Source: a virus
Lineage: Duplodnaviria > Caudoviricetes
IMG/VR virus record: IMGVR_UViG_3300001528_000407
Location: 23,339-87,338 of that record
Length of the DNA: 64,000 bases
Direction: 5' to 3' (one strand)
Below the pieces are notes generated by a model. The model saw nothing but the letters and a program-made list of their open reading frames with translations, was not told where the DNA came from and did not search any database. Of the stretch, positions 57,506 to 64,000 are shown piece after piece. A program made the position numbers and the translations under genes. Position 1 is the first letter of the stretch, and each line of letters begins with the position of its first letter.

Positions 57506-58804
57506 TTATCCACGATAGAATACTGGAGCGAATGACCCGACACACCCGAAATACTCTTGTGCCAGTCTCTCCAAGCCCGATGATTTCAAAGCCTCGAAAT
57601 CATTATCACTGCCTTTCACACAAAAGCGGTTATTCTTCATGCCAACAAAGGATAGGCGAGAAACCAGTGATTTTTGATTTTTGTCTATAACGAGCGACAA
57701 GAACGACTTCCACTGCTGAATGCCTTCTCCCTTTTCGGTGACGATTTTTTGCTCCGGTGTCTGACACACATGAGCAAATATATCACCCTCTACGAGATTT
57801 CTGTTCTTGCTGCCAGATACAGATCTTTGTTTATATCGCTCATTCAATGCACAAGCGACATCGGAATTTTTATCTTTGGAAAGATGATTTTCTCCTACAA
57901 TGGTTCTTCTTACGTGGAATCGAATAAAATCAGGATTACCCTTCCGCTTGCCCGAATTATAGATAAAATCCTCGTCGGTCAATTTTTCAAACACAATATC
58001 TGTTTGCGATAGTTTTTCCATTCTCAACAAATCCTTTTGCACAACATCAAGAACTTGCTTTCTGAATTGGGAAAACTTAGGATATTTGTTCATCACAGGC
58101 TCGCCAAATTCATCCTTCAGTATCTCCAAGCTATCGCCTTCGAGCTCCACCAATCCCAAATAAGACTTCAACTCCAGGAATGGAACAGATATATCTAAAC
58201 TTCGGTTCAAGCCAATCTGACGCAAAAGATAGATATATACACGTGGTGTATTTACATTCTTCGCAAACTTAGCTATCATGGATAAATGATGTATGTAGCC
58301 CTGTCCCATATCGAAGACCTTTTTTGATAGCTTAGGGTCTATATCCAGAACGATGTACCCCAGCATACGAGGGACTTTCTTACCATCCTTTGTTGTATAT
58401 CCGTTCTTCGATACCGGAATGTGCATCTTGCTAAAGATATGAGCTATATCCTCGCTGCCATCCTGTAAGGTCGTTCTTACCGACATATCGAGGATGGCTG
58501 TCTTCAACTCCTTCCTAAGTTTCTGATAGCTCATCTGCTCGCTTGTTGCGAAATCACGAATATCCACCTTGATAGGAGGCACATTCATCACGGCATGATC
58601 CACACCCTGCTCAAAGAGAAAATCAGAGCGTGCATCACCCAGTTGTCTTTTCTCAAGGAAATAATCATCTACAAACTTTTGCAGATGCCTGCTCGTTGTT
58701 ATCAACACGTTCTGCTGAAACAATGTATATTGCTTATCCAGTTTTGTTAAGGAGAAAGGCGTGTTAATCCAAGCCAAACCCTTGTTTATATTATCTTCGC
58801 TCAT
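57506..58804 (-). CDS. repA: plasmid replication initiator (Rep_3/RepA family)
   Basis: WINTPFSL, RVYIYLL, ELKSYLGL and YPKFSQFRKQVLDVVQKDL; likely start MSEDNIN at 58804, downstream of the iterons. Confidence 0.8.
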   Translation of the reverse strand: MSEDNINKGLAWINTPFSLTKLDKQYTLFQQNVLITTSRHLQKFVDDYFLEKRQLGDARSDFLFEQGVDHAVMNVPPIKVDIRDFATSEQMSYQKLRKELKTAILDMSVRTTLQDGSEDIAHIFSKMHIPVSKNGYTTKDGKKVPRMLGYIVLDIDPKLSKKVFDMGQGYIHHLSMIAKFAKNVNTPRVYIYLLRQIGLNRSLDISVPFLELKSYLGLVELEGDSLEILKDEFGEPVMNKYPKFSQFRKQVLDVVQKDLLRMEKLSQTDIVFEKLTDEDFIYNSGKRKGNPDFIRFHVRRTIVGENHLSKDKNSDVACALNERYKQRSVSGSKNRNLVEGDIFAHVCQTPEQKIVTEKGEGIQQWKSFLSLVIDKNQKSLVSRLSFVGMKNNRFCVKGSDNDFEALKSSGLERLAQEYFGCVGSFAPVFYRG

Positions 58805-58810
58805 ACCAAA

Positions 58811-58938
58811 TCTGACTTTTCGTTTACCTACATCTGACTTTTCGTTTACCAAAATCTGACCTTTCGTTTACCAAAATCTGACTTTTCATTTACCTACATC
58901 TGACCTTTCGTTTACCAAAATCTGACCTTTCGTTTACC
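58811..58938. repeat. six 22-bp iterons, with an inverted copy at 59037-59057
   Basis: tctgacYtttcRtttacc(aaaa/taca) at 58811, 58833, 58855, 58877, 58899 and 58921; AT-rich stretch between the array and the inverted copy. Confidence 0.9.
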
Positions 58939-59058
58939 TATACCTTTGTAAGTATCTGAAAATCAACGATAAAGATTTTTCCTAATATATAATATATATC
59001 TAATATTATAATTTTTTATTTTAGAGGCTTCTATTTGGTAAACGAAAAGTCAGATTTA

Positions 59059-59123
59059 GTACCAAAAACTATAACCCTTGGTACCAAGAATTATGCCCTT
59101 CGGTACCAAGAACTATACCTCTT
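59059..59123. repeat. three roughly 22-bp GGTACCAAGAACTATA repeats
   Basis: gtaccaaaaactata, ggtaccaagaattatg, ggtaccaagaactata. Confidence 0.7.
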
Positions 59124-59487
59124 GCTCGTTCTGGAACCTGTCGATAAACTCCATCACTCCTTGCGCTGCCAAGTCTTGCAAGCTCTTGCCGATGCAAGCC
59201 TTGATCTGCACCAACTTGAAGTAGTAATCTATCGGAAGAGCGATTTTAACGCCCTTCTCGGCTTTCAAAGGCTTCAAGCCTACACGAGTACCATTAAGAG
59301 CCTTTGGTTGCTCAGAGGGCGAAGATATGCCCGAATTATCGGGCATATCATGGGTCGGTGCGGCCGCCTCGATACGTGCCTCTCGCTCTGCCTCGTTCGC
59401 CTCATAAATATCCTCCACATCCTGCATAGCTGGGGAGTTCTTCAGTCCTTCAAATTTCTTCATACTATTCTTAGCTTGTCTTGCCAT
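59113..59487 (-). CDS. ribbon-helix-helix partition protein (ParG-like partner of ParA)
   Basis: Flexible N-terminus and C-terminal GVKIALPIDYYFKLVQIKACIGKSLQDLAAQGVMEFI; directly after parA. Confidence 0.6.
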   Translation of the reverse strand: MARQAKNSMKKFEGLKNSPAMQDVEDIYEANEAEREARIEAAAPTHDMPDNSGISSPSEQPKALNGTRVGLKPLKAEKGVKIALPIDYYFKLVQIKACIGKSLQDLAAQGVMEFIDRFQNEQEV

Positions 59488-59552
59488 AATGCGATAATTC
59501 CTTAGTTTTTCATTTCTTCTATAACGATGTTTCCCTATCAAGAGAATATGCC

Positions 59553-60425
59553 TTATTTAGGCATGCTCTCCAAAATCTCCTTAGTGAAAGACTCGTAGTC
59601 GCTTCCCACTCGGCTATATGGCGCATAAGAGAAAATATCCTCACCTATCGCCTGGGCTTCCACCATCTTGGTGTCTCGTCGGGTGTAAGCGTCGAACACG
59701 TAATCGCCAAACTTTTCCGTGAGATAGCTCTTAAACTGTTTGGTGGCTTTCGTCTGGTCGTTGCTCATCACCATCAACAAGCCTCTCACCTCTATCTGGT
59801 CGTTAAGATCATCATGGGTATCTTGCACTGCACCCAAAATCTCGGCAATACCTTTCGTTGCCAACATTTCCAATTGGATAGGTATCACCACGCTCGACGA
59901 TGCAGCCAGGGCATTATGTGTAAGCAAGGATAGGGCAGGAGGGCAATCCATCAACACATAGTCGAAAGCCTCGAACACATCGGTCGTACCCTCCTTGCTC
60001 AACTCGTCGCCCTGTACCTCCAACAACGGCTTACATAGCAACTTCTGAAGAGCCTTGCGAGGCACGGGCATTTGATTCAAGAAAGGCTCGATGCTAACCA
60101 ACTTCTTAGAAGCTGGAGCAAGATAAATGCCTTCTCTCACCTGATAGACCGGTATCTGCGACTTCTGGACGAGTGCATCAAACATCGTTGGCTTGCCAGG
60201 GTTCTTAACCTCGTTCCAACCAAAGAGGAACGACAAACTGCCCTGTGGGTCTAAGTCGATGAGCAATACGCGAGGCAAGCGAGCCTTGCCATCCTCACCC
60301 TTACCAAAGTAGCCCTTACCATAGCGACGTAAGCCAGTTGCCAAACTCTGAACCGACGTTGTTTTACCTACTCCGCCTTTGTGGTTGACAAAGGCAAGAA
60401 TCTCTTTTAATCTCATTTCTGCCAT
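59553..60425 (-). CDS. parA: ParA/Soj family partition ATPase
   Basis: NHKGGVGKTT, LLIDLDPQGS, DYVLMDCPP and RRDTKMVEA. Confidence 0.95.
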   Translation of the reverse strand: MAEMRLKEILAFVNHKGGVGKTTSVQSLATGLRRYGKGYFGKGEDGKARLPRVLLIDLDPQGSLSFLFGWNEVKNPGKPTMFDALVQKSQIPVYQVREGIYLAPASKKLVSIEPFLNQMPVPRKALQKLLCKPLLEVQGDELSKEGTTDVFEAFDYVLMDCPPALSLLTHNALAASSSVVIPIQLEMLATKGIAEILGAVQDTHDDLNDQIEVRGLLMVMSNDQTKATKQFKSYLTEKFGDYVFDAYTRRDTKMVEAQAIGEDIFSYAPYSRVGSDYESFTKEILESMPK

Positions 60426-60491
60426 AACCTATAAATCTTTTTTGTTGTTAATTAATAATTTGTACTAATATCCTTTAGAAGAAATGTAGGA

Positions 60492-60765
60492 TAGTACGAA
60501 AGTACTAACGTATTAATCAACGATTACGCAAAAGTACTAAAGTACTAATCCTCTTTTCTTCTTCGGTGCAAAAGTACTAAAATACTTTGGTACTACCAAA
60601 TTAATTTGCATTTTTTAAAAATAAAACCTTATTTATTATTTAATTCTATAATAAGGTATAAAAACAACAAAAGCACGTTAGTGCTATCGTACCAAAGTAC
60701 GAAAGTACTAAAGTGCAAATGTATCAACGTGCAAATGTACCAATGTACAGATGTACATAAGTAGA
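60492..60765. repeat. 8-bp-phased AAAGTAC/AATGTAC arrays flanking the parA promoter
   Basis: aaagtactaaagtact (60531) and aaagtacgaaagtactaaagtgcaaatgtatc... (60695-60765); -7 box TACTTTTG near 60568-60575 on the minus strand. Confidence 0.7.
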
Positions 60766-60768
60766 TTA

Positions 60769-61818
60769 TCAGAAGCTCACATCATCGCTCGTATCGTCGC
60801 TCCAGGTATCATCTATCGAAAAGGAGAGGGCATTAGCCTGATTATAATACGAGCCTGTAATCGTGGTGATATGGTTGCGCTGCAAGCGCACATTAGGCAC
60901 CGTAATGGTAGTATATAGCTTATTGCCATCCTCGCTGCCCGTGCTGCCCTTGCGATACATGGAGATAGAAATATCCGTGGTGTAGCCATCTTTGGGCGTG
61001 AGGAAGAAATAAGCAAGGCTCTTGTCCTTCATACCGGCATTCGCCGACACATCGGAGGTTCGCTGATGTTTCAAAGCATCCATAACATCGAAAGTCTGCC
61101 AACTCCACTGTGTGTACTCATTCATCGAGAGCTGGATGGTGCTGCAATCGTCGGGATAGGTACCCGTGTTCTTCAGCATCAGCTTTGCCACCAGTCGCTC
61201 CAGGTGGATATTGATGCTCTGCTTATCGCCAGCCTTGATGGTTACATCTTGCACAGCCCCGAACGTGTCCGAAGTCTTCGTGCTCGTCCAGATGAGCGGT
61301 TTCGTGGCATCCTCCTTGCCCTGGGCAATCGAAAAAGCAGTGTTATCTGCAAGGCCCCATAACGAGCCGCTTGCATCCAATAGGATAGGGGAGACGCTTC
61401 TTGTCGCCACCACCTTCAAGGTGTGCGTACCGTAGTTGAGAGCCAAATTTGGCTCCGCGAAGTCCTCTGCCTCGCTCGTTTGGTGCAACACCTGGAGTAG
61501 CTTGCCAGTCGTCTTGTCGTAGTCGAGGATATAGAGATCCGTAAGCGGCTTATCGTTTGCCACAAGCGATGCACGAGTAAGCCCTCGTGTCTTCGCCGAT
61601 GCAGACGATGTATCCTCCCCACGTGCATCCAACTGCTCGTAAGATACCGATGGAGTGGAGAAGAAAGATAGCTTCACCCAAACTTTTCCATCGCTCTGCT
61701 CCTGCTGGGTACCAGCATCCACTAACTCGCTCACTGCGTCCTTACTGCAACTTGCAAAAAACATCATACCTGCTGCCATCAATGCAGCCGCCACCGAATA
61801 AAAAAGATTCTTCTTCAT
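60769..61818 (-). CDS. FimB/Mfa2-family fimbrial lipoprotein
   Basis: Lipobox FFASC, INIHLERLVAKL and VRLQRNHITTITG. Confidence 0.75.
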   Translation of the reverse strand: MKKNLFYSVAAALMAAGMMFFASCSKDAVSELVDAGTQQEQSDGKVWVKLSFFSTPSVSYEQLDARGEDTSSASAKTRGLTRASLVANDKPLTDLYILDYDKTTGKLLQVLHQTSEAEDFAEPNLALNYGTHTLKVVATRSVSPILLDASGSLWGLADNTAFSIAQGKEDATKPLIWTSTKTSDTFGAVQDVTIKAGDKQSINIHLERLVAKLMLKNTGTYPDDCSTIQLSMNEYTQWSWQTFDVMDALKHQRTSDVSANAGMKDKSLAYFFLTPKDGYTTDISISMYRKGSTGSEDGNKLYTTITVPNVRLQRNHITTITGSYYNQANALSFSIDDTWSDDTSDDVSF

Positions 61819-61951
61819 TTTAGTTTTCGATTTAAATTGTCGTTGTTATTAGTTATTATTATCTTGTATAAGATAAGTCTTCGCTCGAAGAATATTCTAC
61901 GATAGATAACTCTTCGCTCAGAGATTTATTATATATTTTCCGAAGAAATTT

Positions 61952-63829
61952 CTAATTAGGTGGCAAAGATAGCTCATGCACTACATTCGGCGAATAAGCC
62001 GATTTCTTGCGATATGCTGCCATATCTTCCATCAAAGGTACAACTACCACACCTGCCCGAATATAAGCCCTTACAGGCTCACCCATACCCCGACATAATG
62101 GTATATGTTCCCGATGATCCTTAGCACAAGTACCTATATCTAATATAATAGATGATACAACCTTTGATGCAGGAAATATTGCAGTCTGACAGCCTCTATC
62201 TGCGAACGTATTAATCTGAACGATTTCAGCTTTCGACTCAGATTCAGCAGGAACGAACGTCTCGACGGTAGCGATAGGCTCAGCAGGAGTCTCAACTTCG
62301 ACAGTTACGACAGGTTCAGCAGGAGAGAACGTTTCGCTTTCCTCGTTCGTTTCTCTTCGCTTCAACACGCCCTTGAATGCTTTCTCCAGCTTCACGCCCA
62401 TGTAAGTGAAGAATGCACAGCCACGATAGCTTTCAGCCTTGTTGCGCTTATTGGCAGGCATGAACTTCTTGCAGAATCCAGACAGCGTATAAGTCACACC
62501 CATATATTCCACCTTGTTGTCTTCCGTAGTCGTAACCTTGCAGTTCAAAGGAGCAAAGGTAATAATCGTACCAGGCTTAATGCTGATAGCCTCGAAAGTA
62601 AACTTCCTGCCATCGTTCGACTTCTTAGCCTTCGCCTCCTGCTTCTTGCAAGATGCAGCTTTCTTTATAGTCTCACTTTTAGGTGCAGGGATATGTTTAG
62701 AAGGTGCAACCTCCTTCACTTCCGATTTTTCAGTGATTTCAGATGCGGTCTGTAATAGACTCTTCTCAAACTTCACTCCGTCCAGATAGGCAACTCCATT
62801 CTCAATATCGCCAACAAAAGCATCCGCAAACTTAAAGCCACAGAAGAGATAGACGTTTCCGTCCTTGCCCTGCACTGGCTTCGGTGAGCCAGGATCTTGG
62901 GTTAAATAGATGGTCTCAACGTAAGATGCTGCCATCATCATATCACGGGCAAAACAGATATTAAAGCTATGAGCAAACTTACCCACATGGAAGGTAGCCT
63001 CACTCTCTCCCATCTTTACCGTGATCATATCCTCGCATCGCTTACCTGATAGATATACTTTATCATCGTCAGCAGGATTCATCTTGATGAACTTTTGAAT
63101 ATCGCTCCAGCTCTCTCCGATATGGATGCAAAGGTCGTCGGACACCTTACTATAGCAAGCTGCGTAGTTAGGATAAGGTATGGTATAAGGCACATAAGAA
63201 ATAAGGTCCTCGCATACCGTCTGCGTAGCCTGGTCGTGGTTATCCAACTTCGTAGCTTCCACCTCGTAGCTACGTCCGTTCTTCATCTTGGCACACATCT
63301 TCTTCCAGATTCTCGCATTGATAAGCATATCCTTGGTATCTCCAGCCTTACCCAGGATATTGATAGGCATGGTGAGCATCTTCTTGCCATCGCAAGCCAC
63401 CAGGCGATTTCTCTCAGCGTCTATAAAGATATGATACAATGAGCTAAGAGCATTTTTTACATCTACGAATTTACATAGCTCCGCCATCGCCTTGTTAGCC
63501 TGGAACACGACCTTACCCAGTTCCTTACGGTCTTCCTCCTCGTAGGTGAACAATCGGGCATTCTTGCCCACACCTGCCAAACTCTCGAAGTTGGCGATAA
63601 ACTGGAATATCCCTCCCAGCTTAAACGTGCATCGAAAGGTATCAACCTCTACCCTGCAAGGCTCGTCCACGTCGATGTCGTCTCCCCACAAGATAGTATC
63701 ATGTAAATTTTTCAGTATCTCGCTTGCACGAAAAGAACCGCATTCGGTCCGCACCATCTTCTGCCAAACTCGCTCGGCTATCTCATAGAGCTTCGCCAGG
63801 ATAGCCAAATTCAATTCCTTATTAGTCAT
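61952..63829 (-). CDS. multidomain protein with a beta-clamp-like middle region and a RAMA/DUF4357-like C-terminal domain
   Basis: HIFIDAERNRLVACDGKKML and YPNY resemble clamp motifs; VEYMGVTYTLSGFC...YRGCAFFTYMG. Confidence 0.45.
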   Translation of the reverse strand: MTNKELNLAILAKLYEIAERVWQKMVRTECGSFRASEILKNLHDTILWGDDIDVDEPCRVEVDTFRCTFKLGGIFQFIANFESLAGVGKNARLFTYEEEDRKELGKVVFQANKAMAELCKFVDVKNALSSLYHIFIDAERNRLVACDGKKMLTMPINILGKAGDTKDMLINARIWKKMCAKMKNGRSYEVEATKLDNHDQATQTVCEDLISYVPYTIPYPNYAACYSKVSDDLCIHIGESWSDIQKFIKMNPADDDKVYLSGKRCEDMITVKMGESEATFHVGKFAHSFNICFARDMMMAASYVETIYLTQDPGSPKPVQGKDGNVYLFCGFKFADAFVGDIENGVAYLDGVKFEKSLLQTASEITEKSEVKEVAPSKHIPAPKSETIKKAASCKKQEAKAKKSNDGRKFTFEAISIKPGTIITFAPLNCKVTTTEDNKVEYMGVTYTLSGFCKKFMPANKRNKAESYRGCAFFTYMGVKLEKAFKGVLKRRETNEESETFSPAEPVVTVEVETPAEPIATVETFVPAESESKAEIVQINTFADRGCQTAIFPASKVVSSIILDIGTCAKDHREHIPLCRGMGEPVRAYIRAGVVVVPLMEDMAAYRKKSAYSPNVVHELSLPPN

Positions 63830-63898
63830 AATCTATAACAATCAAATAATCTATAACAAAAAACTTCAAACTTTCTGAATCTTCCTATAACGAGGGAT

Positions 63899-64000
63899 AA
63901 GGCTGAACCTTATCCCTTGAATGCTCCTGCCAGCAGTGGAAGGAAGAACACCGCCACACCGATACAGGAGAATGCCAGCACTGCCACACCTACCACGGCA
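63899..64000 (-). CDS. 3' end of a small hydrophobic protein (truncated by the window edge)
   Basis: ...AVVGVAVLAFSCIGVAVFFLPLLAGAFKG*. Confidence 0.4.

Larger units (their letters stand above)
1..64000. mobile_element. Bacteroidota siphovirus-like phage-plasmid (partial genome)
   Basis: Virion and packaging genes together with RepA/iterons/ParA; no host housekeeping block or integrase seen. Confidence 0.8.

Noticed and set aside
58805-58852. RepA start at 58852
   Set aside because: It lies inside the iteron array (translating as VNEKSD repeats); ATG 58804 is more plausible.
58811-58938. CRISPR array
   Set aside because: The 22-bp units abut with no unique spacers and sit at the repA 5' end, so they are iterons.
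1-64000. All frameshifts as homopolymer sequencing errors
   Set aside because: Long genes with A7/T7 and G6/C6 runs are intact, shifts go both ways, and the tracts concentrate in DNA-modification genes. Even if lengths are miscalled, the tracts exist. Raw reads are needed for a final answer.
1-64000. Diversity-generating retroelement, retron, invertase or integrase
   Set aside because: No reverse transcriptase (YxDD), TR/VR pair or recombinase motifs were recognised in the window.

Overview
The whole 64 kb window is a tailed (siphovirus-like) phage of a Bacteroidota host, probably Prevotella-like, judged from the many TAnnTTTG promoters, a FimB/Mfa2 lipoprotein, a BT4734-like primase and DLPF C-terminal tails. 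It most likely persists as a plasmid prophage: it has a Rep_3-type RepA with 22-bp iterons, ParA plus a small RHH partner, and a divergent CI/Cro-like switch, and no integrase is seen in the window. Recognisable genes include terminase large subunit, S49 head protease/scaffold, major capsid protein, probable tail tube, tape measure, holin, a u-spanin candidate, dUTPase-ThyX-Gmk, a beta clamp, an SSB-like protein, a primase-helicase, a DEDD exonuclease and three DNA methyltransferases. The most striking feature is mostly invisible in the ORF track. A circularly permuted C5-cytosine methyltransferase core (motifs IX-X-I...VIII, 43004-44407) has no target-recognition domain (TRD). It is flanked by 10 mostly translationally coupled 49-62 aa mini-genes that each resemble a single C5-MTase TRD module, and three more such modules lie at 1199-1493 (two) and 34955-35268. 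Nine of the 13 modules carry a coding-strand G6-G8 tract, and all nine are currently out of frame; a one-base change restores a full TRD-like peptide. Three modules have interrupted tracts and are intact, and the last has no tract and no ATG of its own. G tracts also sit in a PAPS-reductase-family gene (OFF), an N6-adenine MTase (OFF) and a beta-class MTase (ON). I infer a phase-variable, combinatorial methylome in which exchangeable specificity subunits act in trans; this is untested. Other oddities are a tRNA-like element with a 24-nt anticodon loop, a roughly 280-nt structured RNA candidate, a fixed-spacing promoter motif found five times, and a frameshift-accessible extension of the tail-tube gene. 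All family calls come from motif recognition by eye; no database searches were run.
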